From a virus, in IMG/VR virus record IMGVR_UViG_3300011269_000001: 64,000 bases of DNA, one strand, 5' to 3'. This document shows, piece after piece, positions 19,694-28,690 of this stretch. The notes beneath the pieces are model-generated. The model ran no database searches and had not been told where the DNA came from. It saw only the letters and a program-made list of their open reading frames with translations. Each line of letters opens with the position of its first letter. Position 1 is the stretch's first letter. The translations under genes and the position numbers were made by a program.

Positions 19694-20115
19694 GACTTTC
19701 CCTCGTCAATCAATTCCTGGCGGTCTGCGATATCGGCCTGGGTCTTGGGCGTCGGGTTCGTCGAAACTCCACCATACGGGCCGTATCGGTTGATATATTC
19801 ATCCATGTTCTGTTTGCCGGCAGGGTTCATACTGTGAACGTTGGGACGCTTGGGTGGCCAGAGATTGTTCTCGCCCATCCACTTCACGAAGTCATAACCG
19901 GTCGGAAGATTGTCGTGACAATGGCATTTGCAGTCCTGATAGCAACCACGGTTCGCACACTCAGAACAAGGTGGCCCGAGGCCCATGTCGTGGTCGAGGC
20001 TCATTTCATCGAACCTCACACCCGAGGACATAAGTTTCTTGGCCTCATCAACACTATGAGCCCAAATCCAGCCAGCTGGTGCTATGCGAACGTCATCTAG
20101 CCAGAGTTTGTTCAC
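19690..20115 (-). CDS. Cyclic-phosphate-processing receiver (cREC) domain protein with a Cys-rich insert
   Basis: LWLDDVR...SLDHDMG...TGYDFVKW...VHSMNPAG. Confidence 0.8.
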   Translation of the reverse strand: MNKLWLDDVRIAPAGWIWAHSVDEAKKLMSSGVRFDEMSLDHDMGLGPPCSECANRGCYQDCKCHCHDNLPTGYDFVKWMGENNLWPPKRPNVHSMNPAGKQNMDEYINRYGPYGGVSTNPTPKTQADIADRQELIDEGKS

Positions 20116-20118
20116 TTG

Positions 20119-20355
20119 TTACCTGCCATCAGCTGCAAGCCGAGTGTACACGTGTCGGTCAAGTTCTGCAATTCTCAGATTCGCAGAATGCAAATTCTTC
20201 TCTGAATTGAAGTACTTCCGAAGAAGCCACTTGACGTCTCTGGCGTTAATCATCGTGCAACCCATGTCGATGAGGCCGTGTATTTCTCTTAACCTTCGCT
20301 CTGTTGAGGTTAGACCTTCGTGCCAGGGCTTAGAACTTTTTGACATGGGCGCCAT
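20119..20355 (-). CDS. Hypothetical protein
   Basis: 3' part of ORF 20119-20430. Start moved to limit overlap with the upstream gene. Confidence 0.45.
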   Translation of the reverse strand: MAPMSKSSKPWHEGLTSTERRLREIHGLIDMGCTMINARDVKWLLRKYFNSEKNLHSANLRIAELDRHVYTRLAADGR

Positions 20356-21322
20356 TCTCGATGACCGCGCTGGGTGAGACTTCGATGAATTCAGCGACTT
20401 CTTGAAGTTCGTGCAGGTCTCTTGCACCACTGTAGCTCATCCCCGAGCGGACGCCGGCCATCAACTTGGCCAGCTCTTCAGCCACAGGGCCTTTGAATGG
20501 AACAAATACTTCTTCACCTTCTACGTACATTGGATTCTCGTCGCTTGCTGCCGCGCAGCCTCGGTACAGCTTTACGCCTTCCCTCACACTAAGATTGGGG
20601 GCTTCGAGACAACCGGCTAATAGCTGTCCTAGCATAACTGCGTCAGCACCCGCGGCCAGGGCCTTCACAATGTCGCCGCTGTTTCGGCAGCCGCCGTCGG
20701 CAATCATGTAGACTTCCCGGTTATTCTCTCGAAATTCTCGCATGACCTTGGCACATTCAAAGATTGCTGTGAGCTGAGGGACACCGTGCCCGGTCTGGAT
20801 TCTGGTTGTGCAAACACTCCCGGGACCGATACCAACCTTGATGACGTTGGCTCCAGCGTACCAAAGACTCATGAACGCCTCTGGGGTCGCAACGTTGCCT
20901 GCGATGATGGTCTCGAAGCCCAAGGCTTGAAGCTTGCGGATAGTTGAAATAACTTCTCCGTTATAACCATGGGCCACGTCCAGACAAATAGCCAATTGGC
21001 CATGTTCTCTTCGCCACCAAGAAGCGACTCCTAATTGGTACTCCCCGAGGCCCACCGACGGAATGACTCCGCCAAGAATCTCCTGGTCAATTTCACGAAT
21101 ATTGCGGTAAAGCACCCCGGCACCACCGGCTTTGGCCATGGCCGTGGCCATCTCCAGGCCGGTGACGGTATCCATCGGCGCAGAGATTATGGGCAGGCTC
21201 AGAATGATGTTCCCGACCCGGGTATGGGTTGAGACTTCGTCCCGGCTGCGTACCGTGGAATAATGAGGAACGAGGAGAACATCATCGAAGGTCAGACCTC
21301 GACCCTTCCTGAAGGTTGCCAT
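20330..21322 (-). CDS. IMP dehydrogenase/GMP reductase family protein (no CBS domains)
   Basis: [31 protein letters not shown] (catalytic Cys), IADGG and [10 protein letters not shown]. Confidence 0.92.
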   Translation of the reverse strand: MATFRKGRGLTFDDVLLVPHYSTVRSRDEVSTHTRVGNIILSLPIISAPMDTVTGLEMATAMAKAGGAGVLYRNIREIDQEILGGVIPSVGLGEYQLGVASWWRREHGQLAICLDVAHGYNGEVISTIRKLQALGFETIIAGNVATPEAFMSLWYAGANVIKVGIGPGSVCTTRIQTGHGVPQLTAIFECAKVMREFRENNREVYMIADGGCRNSGDIVKALAAGADAVMLGQLLAGCLEAPNLSVREGVKLYRGCAAASDENPMYVEGEEVFVPFKGPVAEELAKLMAGVRSGMSYSGARDLHELQEVAEFIEVSPSAVIENGAHVKKF

Positions 21323-21330
21323 CGGAATTC

Positions 21331-21795
21331 CTACGCTTTCGACAACTGTTCGACGTCACGAAAGATTTCCGTGAGTTCTTGCGTGAGTTCTTGCTCCGTT
21401 ATTCTCATGCTATTTGCAGCTGGAGGCGGGTCGGGTCGATTCTTTGCAGCTTCAAGAGCAGCGCCAACCATTTCAGGAATCTCTCCGATGAAGGTCTCGT
21501 CCTCGCCCATTTCCGCGGACTCCCGCTCGGCGATTTCTTCCTCGGCAACGCAAATTGGGCACTCGTGCCCGTAGTCTTGTTCTCGCCAGCCTGGAGGCAG
21601 ACCGACACCTTCATCCAGAATGGCCACGCCACGCTGCTGTTGTTCTGAAATCGTACCATCTTTGAAGATTCGAAGCGGCACCCCGCCCTGAGCAAAGATG
21701 AAATCCAAAATTTTCTTGTCGACGGCTTTCACATTCGGAAACGAAGCTGACTCGAAATTGCAACGGTCACAAAAAATCAAATTATAGGTACTCAC
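21331..21795 (-). CDS. Zn-finger hypothetical protein (CxxC...CxxC, acidic tail)
   Basis: Likely GTG start (MSTYNLIFCDRC) after an AAGGAAGG RBS. Confidence 0.6.
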   Translation of the reverse strand: MSTYNLIFCDRCNFESASFPNVKAVDKKILDFIFAQGGVPLRIFKDGTISEQQQRGVAILDEGVGLPPGWREQDYGHECPICVAEEEIAERESAEMGEDETFIGEIPEMVGAALEAAKNRPDPPPAANSMRITEQELTQELTEIFRDVEQLSKA

Positions 21796-21873
21796 GGCTT
21801 CACGACCTTCCTTTTGAGACATCTTCGACAAACAACTAAGGTTCTGGCGGGAACCCTTATCTCTTTGATGTCC

Positions 21874-21882
21874 ATCATACCA
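21874..21882 (-). promoter_or_regulatory. Extended -10 promoter TGgTATGAT
   Basis: Consensus TGnTAnnnT in the gap upstream of 21795. Confidence 0.5.
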
Positions 21883-21904
21883 CAACAGCTGCCTCATCAA
21901 GTGG

Positions 21905-22198
21905 CTAGAATTTATTCAATTTGTTGTACAGTCCCGTGGGCACGGTGGTGATGGCTTCCAGTTCAAGTTCCCAGCGGTCGCCGGTATGTTTCATCTTGAG
22001 GGTTTGAAAGAGTACGTTGCCGCAATAACCCAGCATGGGGTTGTCGACCAGGGCTCTGAGCAGTTCAAATTGGCGAATGCCAGCTTCCATGCTGCCTTGA
22101 GCACAGGTATCATTCAAGAGGGTGACAATAAATCTGCTCTGTTCCTCGCTGATTTCAATTCTTTTTGTTTTGCGGTCAATCACAGCTCTAACTCCCAC
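21905..22198 (-). CDS. Hypothetical protein
   Basis: 97-aa ORF in the operon. Confidence 0.55.
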   Translation of the reverse strand: MGVRAVIDRKTKRIEISEEQSRFIVTLLNDTCAQGSMEAGIRQFELLRALVDNPMLGYCGNVLFQTLKMKHTGDRWELELEAITTVPTGLYNKLNKF

Positions 22199-22920
22199 GC
22201 ATCAAGGTCCAAGTATTGAGCTTCCAGGAGTCTCTTGGCGGCTTCGCGCCACCGGGTCTTCTGTTCATCGGTCAATTGTTTCCAGTCGAAACCGTCAACA
22301 CAGAGAGCCAATTCGGCGGCTCTGTTCTCCAGGGCCTCGGGTCGATTCTCAAAATCTAGGGTGCCGGCGGAACGGACCGCGGCAGTGGTGATGCGGGACA
22401 ATTCAAACCTGAAATTGGTTGCCAGGTCGCGGAGCGCGTTGTAGGCCAGTTTCTTGGTGCCGCAGAGTTCACTGCTCATCCGCATCATAGCCACCCTGAT
22501 GACACGCCGACTGGGTTTACCGTCTCGAAGCTTCTCTGCGGGTTTGACGACAGCACAATTCCGTCCATCAAGAAGATTGCCTTCGGGCAAATATACGATG
22601 AGTCCGGCCTTTGGCGCTTTCTCGTTGATGATTGCCAACGCCGTGTCCTGCAGGGACGAAGGAAGCATGAAGTAGAAACGATTCGGGACAAAGGTCAGGT
22701 TGCTGGTCGCATTGGCGTAGAGGAAATGCTTGCCGCTCTTGTTGATAAACTCGTTGCGGAGGTCGGCCTTGCTGACTTTGACTTCAACTTCAATGCATTC
22801 ACTTGGGCTAACGCCCAGGACGTCAGCGTTCCAGCGGCCAGCTTCGGTACAGACTATCGGCATTCTTTTCCCGTACCTGAGCCAACACATGGCCTCGTTC
22901 TTGAGGACCTCGGATTCCAA
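22180..22920 (-). CDS. PD-(D/E)XK nuclease-fold protein, MmcB-like
   Basis: CTE...ADVLGV...EVEVKVSKADL...PNRFYF. Confidence 0.75.
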   Translation of the reverse strand: MESEVLKNEAMCWLRYGKRMPIVCTEAGRWNADVLGVSPSECIEVEVKVSKADLRNEFINKSGKHFLYANATSNLTFVPNRFYFMLPSSLQDTALAIINEKAPKAGLIVYLPEGNLLDGRNCAVVKPAEKLRDGKPSRRVIRVAMMRMSSELCGTKKLAYNALRDLATNFRFELSRITTAAVRSAGTLDFENRPEALENRAAELALCVDGFDWKQLTDEQKTRWREAAKRLLEAQYLDLDAWELEL

Positions 22921-22941
22921 TTGTTCCCCTCCCCAGCAACT

Positions 22942-23136
22942 TTAGTTTTCGTATCGTTCAAAGAGAACGTCAGGATTGGTGCCGTCGTACTCGGGCACAT
23001 CCTCATCGAAATCCACCTGGCCATCAGCTTCGTTAACGAGCGTATCCAGGAAATTTTCCCGGTCCCTCTTGTTTACCTTCGGGAGCGTTTCAATCATGAC
23101 GTCCGTGACCAAGGTCCTGAATTCAGCTTTTGTCAT
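22942..23136 (-). CDS. Small acidic hypothetical protein
   Basis: 64 aa with GGAG RBS and ATGA coupling. Confidence 0.55.
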   Translation of the reverse strand: MTKAEFRTLVTDVMIETLPKVNKRDRENFLDTLVNEADGQVDFDEDVPEYDGTNPDVLFERYEN

Positions 23137-23762
23137 TTGCGGTTCTCCTCCAAAATGGAATGGCTATCGGCCAGGATGTCAAAAATTTTGTACTTCTTAC
23201 CTGAGTAAATCTCGTAGAGCGAATCGTTGAGCGGCTCCCTTAGCTTGAACCGGCCCTTCAACTTGAATCTCCAGCCGTCTAGGATAGCATAAGCGGTGTC
23301 TGCAGAAACCGCGCTGGTCTTTTCGACCTCAATTTCAAGGAAACGCCGCACCAGGCAAGGACCTTCGGCCTGAACATCGTACAGAGCCAGGGTCGTTGAG
23401 TGCCCTGGAAATTTGTACCAGTAGATGTGCGCATCCTTGTGTAGGGTAAAACAGTGTTTCCAGCCGGTAGCTTTCAAGAAAACTTCTACGTCACGGGCCG
23501 TGACACTGCCGGCAAGGTTTAGGTCGACTTCAAGTCTATCGGTGATGCTGTCCTTGGATTTTCGGCATTTGACTGTCAGTGCCCCGGCATTGCCCTGTTG
23601 CGGTCGGTACCTGACGACGCTATCTCCCTGCGTCCAATAATGGTCTGGGGAAACAATGTTTCGGTAGAGTGTAGGGTCTTCGTTTATGGCCCATTGATTG
23701 AACTTCCTGACGTCAATGTTATCCGCGGCCCATTTGAATTCCATTTCCCCATGCTTATCCAT
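23133..23762 (-). CDS. CYTH (triphosphate tunnel metalloenzyme) domain protein
   Basis: N-terminal ExExK (EMEFK), D.YW...VRYR, LTVK, RLEVDL and FLEIEV. Confidence 0.85.
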   Translation of the reverse strand: MDKHGEMEFKWAADNIDVRKFNQWAINEDPTLYRNIVSPDHYWTQGDSVVRYRPQQGNAGALTVKCRKSKDSITDRLEVDLNLAGSVTARDVEVFLKATGWKHCFTLHKDAHIYWYKFPGHSTTLALYDVQAEGPCLVRRFLEIEVEKTSAVSADTAYAILDGWRFKLKGRFKLREPLNDSLYEIYSGKKYKIFDILADSHSILEENRK

Positions 23763-24777
23763 TTGGCTCCTTCAACGCTTTTTGAAGGGCCTGGAGAGCC
23801 TCTTCGGTGAATTCATTCGTCTGTCCCATCGACATCCGCCAGGAGTAAATAGAAGCCCCACAGGCATTGCCGGCCACGAGTTTGACACCGGCTTTCTTCA
23901 AGGCATCAGGGAAAGTGTAAAGGTATTGATTGCTGACTCGGAAGAAGGAAAACATCCCGCCGTCGTTCAACGCCGGCACCCCTGACAGGTCGGTGATGCA
24001 TCCACCAAGATATTGCCTGAAGAGGTCCCCGTTCCTCTGAATTCGCTGGTGGATTGTCCGCATCTCTTCCAGGACGTCAGCGGACTTCGAAGCCCTGAAG
24101 ACCTTAATTAGGTCCCGGAGATATAGCTGAGAACCGAGATTGACTCCGCTGGTGGTTTTCTCGACGTATTGTGCCATCAGGTCCGCAAGGTCCTGCCTAT
24201 TGGTGGAAGCCCAGCCAATCCTCAGTCCGGGAATGCCGAAGAGCTTTGCCGCTGACCAGGTTGATATGCTGTGGTCGGGTTTCTTGCCTCGGAAGCCGTA
24301 AATTGGACTCGCATAAGCCGCGTCCCAGATGTCATAGTGCCGGTTGGCGTCGGGGTACTGTCTGAGACCATCTGGATTGTTTGGCCAGGTAACTACTTCG
24401 ATTCCACTAAGTGGCCGAATTCGGGGCCCAGCACTAAACTGAAGACCATTGAAGTCCGCAATGGTCTGGTACGAAGGCCAAAAATATTCTTGATGATGAT
24501 GAAGGTACTTGCTCTTTTTTGTTTCTTTTAAGGCGTAGACGGCTGCAAAGATAGCCTGTTTACAGCCATTAGTGACGACGACGTGCTTATCCGGCACAAT
24601 GTACTGCAACTGTTCCAGAAGTTCTTTGTGCCCGCGATACGGCGGATATCTGGTAGCAAGGTCTGTCCAGCTAGGGGCCTGGTCGGTGAATGAAAACTTC
24701 ACCGCAACCGGCTCCCCGGCAGCAAGGTCGTATTTTACGTCCCCGTTGCCGCGGACCATTTGCGCGTCGACGTCCAT
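23755..24777 (-). CDS. PLP-dependent aminotransferase, class I/II fold
   Basis: DLAAGEP, VVTNGCKQAI, PNNPDG, DAAY and SAAKLFGIPGLRIGW (PLP lysine). Confidence 0.9.
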   Translation of the reverse strand: MDVDAQMVRGNGDVKYDLAAGEPVAVKFSFTDQAPSWTDLATRYPPYRGHKELLEQLQYIVPDKHVVVTNGCKQAIFAAVYALKETKKSKYLHHHQEYFWPSYQTIADFNGLQFSAGPRIRPLSGIEVVTWPNNPDGLRQYPDANRHYDIWDAAYASPIYGFRGKKPDHSISTWSAAKLFGIPGLRIGWASTNRQDLADLMAQYVEKTTSGVNLGSQLYLRDLIKVFRASKSADVLEEMRTIHQRIQRNGDLFRQYLGGCITDLSGVPALNDGGMFSFFRVSNQYLYTFPDALKKAGVKLVAGNACGASIYSWRMSMGQTNEFTEEALQALQKALKEPNG

Positions 24778-24780
24778 GAC

Positions 24781-25590
24781 TTAGTCGTCTTGCCGAAACG
24801 GATGCCAGAAGAGACTGACACCATAGAACTTCGAAATCTTGGTGTCGATGAGGCTCAGCCATATGATGGGGCCGACGTCGAATTTGCCGAATTGGAAAAT
24901 GGGCAAGGATGCTCCAACGCTAGTCAAAAGAGTACTGTCGCTGATACCAAGATTGGTGAAGATGCCGATTTTCTCGTACCATTTCGGCTTGAGGAAGTAC
25001 GGATTCACGCCCGTGAGTTTGATGTTGACGTTGACGTTGTCTTCAGAGGAAGTCGCGTAGGTGTGCCAGGTCTTATCTTTGTCCTGGGCCACAGCCAAGG
25101 TAAGGCGGAGGGGTCGATTGTTCTGAATGTGGACAAAGGCCTCAGGAGGGTCGGTAAGAGTCCAGCCGTTTACGCCAATGTATCCGAAGTCCTTATCGAA
25201 TTCGACCTTGGTCCGTTCCTTCTCTCCGGGCTTGGTGCCAGGCACCTTTGTTTCCTTGCCGGCGACCGTGGTCTCAAAGGCTTTCTTCCAGGTCACGGCA
25301 ATCGTGTTGACGGTCAGCAGCTGCTCCTTCATCTTCTTCAGTTCCGCGGCTAACTCAGTTAGCTGCTGGTCCTTGCCATTGAGCAGGTCGCCGGCGTTCT
25401 TGACCTGAATGGTGAGCTTTTCAAAGACCCCCTTCTGGACTTCAATGGTCTTGTCCTTCTCCGCGGCAGCGTTCTGTAGGGCGATGATTTGGCGTTCAAG
25501 CTGGTTCTTCTTGAAGGCGGTGTAGCCGATATTCGCCAGCAATGCCAGGAACAGGCAGATGATGAGATACTTGGTTGGGTTCAGATTCAT
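24781..25590 (-). CDS. Membrane-anchored coiled-coil protein with C-terminal amphipathic beta-strands (spanin-like)
   Basis: N-terminal TM helix, about 70-aa coiled coil, and alternating hydrophobic strands at the end (..FYGVSLFWHPF). Confidence 0.5.
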   Translation of the reverse strand: MNLNPTKYLIICLFLALLANIGYTAFKKNQLERQIIALQNAAAEKDKTIEVQKGVFEKLTIQVKNAGDLLNGKDQQLTELAAELKKMKEQLLTVNTIAVTWKKAFETTVAGKETKVPGTKPGEKERTKVEFDKDFGYIGVNGWTLTDPPEAFVHIQNNRPLRLTLAVAQDKDKTWHTYATSSEDNVNVNIKLTGVNPYFLKPKWYEKIGIFTNLGISDSTLLTSVGASLPIFQFGKFDVGPIIWLSLIDTKISKFYGVSLFWHPFRQDD

Positions 25591-26168
25591 TTTCTTTTTT
25601 CCTCGATGGTCATGACTACATCCGCAAACCCGGCTTGGACAGCTTCCTTCGCCGTGAAATATTTTTCCGTCTCACAGTAGTGGCGAATCGCTTCCAGCGA
25701 CTGACCACTGTGTCGCGAGAGTATATCATGGTACCGGCCGTTGTTGGTCCTGGCTTCATCCGCGAGGATGATGACGTCGCTGGTCTTATGGTCGCCTTCC
25801 AGGTGAATCCTGCCGTTGTGAATCATGAACGAGCACTCCGGCGACAGGAATCGGTACTTGCCAGCCTGGAGGATGATGGCGGCGATGCTGTAGACGATAC
25901 CGTAGCCAATGGTTGTGACTGTGTTCTTAGCTGCTTTGATAATATCGTAGAGAGCAAACCCGACCTGCTCAAAGCCACCGTTGCTGATGATGGTCACGGT
26001 GATAGGGCCTGGGGTGCTGTCGAGTATCTGGAACAAGGCAGCGTACCTGTGAACTTTCTCGTCTTCAAGCTCGCCGATGATGTATAGGGTCCGGGTTTCC
26101 CAGTCGAGGCCGGTCTCAAAGCAGTCCCGAATCCGTTGGTAGATTTCATCAGGGCTGTGTCCGCTCAT
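25587..26168 (-). CDS. clpP: ClpP-like protease
   Basis: Start MSGHSP (ATGA overlap with helicase). Motifs ISNGG, GIVYSIAAII (Ser), FMIHNG (His) and YFTAKEAVQAGFAD. Confidence 0.88.
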   Translation of the reverse strand: MSGHSPDEIYQRIRDCFETGLDWETRTLYIIGELEDEKVHRYAALFQILDSTPGPITVTIISNGGFEQVGFALYDIIKAAKNTVTTIGYGIVYSIAAIILQAGKYRFLSPECSFMIHNGRIHLEGDHKTSDVIILADEARTNNGRYHDILSRHSGQSLEAIRHYCETEKYFTAKEAVQAGFADVVMTIEEKRK

Positions 26169-27670
26169 GCGGCTTTCTCCATGAGTTTGTCCATCGGAAT
26201 TTCCTGACCTTTGTACTGTAGCAGAAGGTCGCCGACTCTTTCGTGCATCGCTGCGGTTCCGCGGTACCATGTGGCTCCCAGTTCGTTGCTATGGGTGATG
26301 CAATTCGGGTAATTGCTCTTGGCCACTATAGCATATCCGGTTTCGGAACTTCTACTCTTACAGATGAAGAAAGTGACCAATTTTCTTAATTCAGCAACTG
26401 GGCCCCGGTTGATGCTGATGACGTTGGTCGCCGAGGTCATCGGTCCCCAGGCTTCCAGCGCGTCTTCCATGACCAGGAGTCGGTCTTCGTAGCCTTTGAG
26501 CCCACGATTTATTTTTGAGCCTTCTCGGTTGGTCTGGATGGCCACGAGACTATGATAGTTGTTCTCCAGGGCTAATTGGACAAAGTAGCTGTACACGTAT
26601 TCCATGATGTGGCGATGCTGCATCTGGCCACCCTTAGCCTGCTCAGTAGTCAGCTTGGCAGGATAGTCGATGACGACCAAATCATAGCCTTTTCCGTCGT
26701 TGAAGGCTTGTCGTTCCTGCTGCTTCTTCCGAATAACCCGAGCCACTTCTTCGACAGTCAGCCCGGCCTGATGCATAGGCACGTAGCTGAGATACTTCGA
26801 CATCTTGACAAGGTTGGCCCCAATTCTCATCCATGAAGGTCCGCCGTTGTTCTTGGCGTCCTTATAGAGGCTCAGTAGCTCCTGCCTGTTGATGTTCATC
26901 AACGAGCACCAGAACTTGTCTTTGAGGTCATCCTTGCGTCCTTCGAGACTGATGAAGAGCGCCGACTTCCCGCGGTCGATGTTGTGTCTGGCGACAGTAA
27001 TCATGGCCGTGGTCTTGCCGACGTTCGTCGGAGCCAAAAGCAGGGTCGTGTCGCCAGGCAACAGGGAGCCCTTCTTGTCATCCCCCGGAAGCAGGAGGTC
27101 GTCCATAATCGTCAGCCCGGTAGTCAGGGCATTGGCCCGGTCGGTGATGCTGTCTTCCAGGTGCTGGAAGTCTTTGAAGTCAACCTCGCTCTGGCTGTCG
27201 AAGGAAACTTCCATGTATTCTTTGACAGCCTTGTTAAGAATCTCCACGGCCTGGTCGTAGCGTTCGGCATTGAATCTCTTCACGCTCTCGTCGATGGCCT
27301 CATGGTAGACTCGGCACTTCAGCCAATCGGTTATCTCCGGCTGCAGGGCGTCCAAGGCAAAGTTCTTGTGCTCCTGGTCTGCGACGGCCACTTTCGTGAG
27401 CATCTTCTGCCGGACGGCTACTGATTCGAGCATGAACTCCTGACAGTCCTGCAGCTCATGCTCGTTGGGAGGCCTGCCGACTAACTTTGTAAAGTTGAGC
27501 ATCGCCGTGAGAATCTTGGCGTTGAAAGTGTCCCGAAACCAGGACGGCATTATCTTGTCCTTGGCATGCTGAAAGAATTTCTCGTTCTTGATGAGGTGAC
27601 CGAGGATGGCGTTCTGTTTCCGGTCCGAAAACGGGAGTGCCGAGACCTTCTGTTCGTCTATCTGTACCAT
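26165..27670 (-). CDS. Replicative DnaB-like (SF4) helicase
   Basis: Walker A APTNVGKT, FISLE, VVIDYP, QTNREG and KSR arginine finger. Adjacent to primase. Confidence 0.9.
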   Translation of the reverse strand: MVQIDEQKVSALPFSDRKQNAILGHLIKNEKFFQHAKDKIMPSWFRDTFNAKILTAMLNFTKLVGRPPNEHELQDCQEFMLESVAVRQKMLTKVAVADQEHKNFALDALQPEITDWLKCRVYHEAIDESVKRFNAERYDQAVEILNKAVKEYMEVSFDSQSEVDFKDFQHLEDSITDRANALTTGLTIMDDLLLPGDDKKGSLLPGDTTLLLAPTNVGKTTAMITVARHNIDRGKSALFISLEGRKDDLKDKFWCSLMNINRQELLSLYKDAKNNGGPSWMRIGANLVKMSKYLSYVPMHQAGLTVEEVARVIRKKQQERQAFNDGKGYDLVVIDYPAKLTTEQAKGGQMQHRHIMEYVYSYFVQLALENNYHSLVAIQTNREGSKINRGLKGYEDRLLVMEDALEAWGPMTSATNVISINRGPVAELRKLVTFFICKSRSSETGYAIVAKSNYPNCITHSNELGATWYRGTAAMHERVGDLLLQYKGQEIPMDKLMEKAA

Positions 27671-27671
27671 T

Positions 27672-28685
27672 CTACCTGCCGTATCGCTCGAAGGGATTGT
27701 TAACATGGACGAAAACCTGAGAGTTCGAGGTCTTTGGTGCTGTCAGGAAAAGCTCGTGCACGGCCTCAAGAGTCATTTCCCCGAGGTCCTTGTACGGAGC
27801 CGGTGGACGCATGTCGTAAAGCTCCAGGTCCCCGAATTCAGAAGTCAGCCTCTTGGTCTCGCGATAAGCATCAGGGTCCAAGGCTAGATACAGTTTCTGA
27901 ATGCCGCTGTTTCGAATCAGGTTAATTTGCGGCGCAGAGACAGCCTTGCCCATGGTAGCCACGTTCCCACCGCAGAGATGAGCTTTCAGGGCATCGATAG
28001 GACCTTCAGTGAGGATGCAATGCGGGCTGTTGTTGAGTCTGTCCCCGAACATCAAACACCGGTCCCTCCTGAGGTCCTTTACCGTCAGCGCCTTCGGAAT
28101 GGTGACTATCTTACCATGTTCGTCATCAATCCATTCGGTTTTGCCGATGTACCGGTCCTGCCAGCCAATGACTCGGCCCTGCAATTTCACCGGGAAGATG
28201 ATTCTTCGCCGCGGCGGCCAAAAATGCAGGTCGTAGAACTTGGCTGTTTCCAAGTCGATGCCACGGCCCCGAAGATAATCGGCTCCGGGGGCGCTGAACT
28301 TGTTGTCGATGGGAAGGAAGTCCGGAGGGTAGACCATTGTCGGCGGGTCGAAAGTATCTTCCGGGACTTCGTCTTCGTCGCTGAAGAAGTCCCGGACTTT
28401 GACGTCAAGGAACTCTCCGGCGTTGACAACACCGGGTCCATAGAGCCGGACCTTGATTTCAATGAAGGGCAGCCGTAGGACTTCAACGAGCCCAAATTCG
28501 GGGCGACCCTGAAAGTTGTCAATCTCCCGACAGTACCAGCAGACGAACCTGCCGTCAGACTTTCGGAAGAATAATTTCTCCCGCTTCCGGCACCGCGGAC
28601 AATTCAGGATGAAGGACTTAGCATTCTGCTTATAAGGAACTCCATCCTCGTCCAGGAGTGCCTTCAATGCTTCCGGGTTGTACAT
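27672..28685 (-). CDS. DNA primase (Zn finger plus TOPRIM)
   Basis: CPRC...CWYC, YLRGRGI, RIIFP, LTEGPIDA and LALDPDA. Confidence 0.9.
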   Translation of the reverse strand: MYNPEALKALLDEDGVPYKQNAKSFILNCPRCRKREKLFFRKSDGRFVCWYCREIDNFQGRPEFGLVEVLRLPFIEIKVRLYGPGVVNAGEFLDVKVRDFFSDEDEVPEDTFDPPTMVYPPDFLPIDNKFSAPGADYLRGRGIDLETAKFYDLHFWPPRRRIIFPVKLQGRVIGWQDRYIGKTEWIDDEHGKIVTIPKALTVKDLRRDRCLMFGDRLNNSPHCILTEGPIDALKAHLCGGNVATMGKAVSAPQINLIRNSGIQKLYLALDPDAYRETKRLTSEFGDLELYDMRPPAPYKDLGEMTLEAVHELFLTAPKTSNSQVFVHVNNPFERYGR

Positions 28686-28690
28686 GAGCC

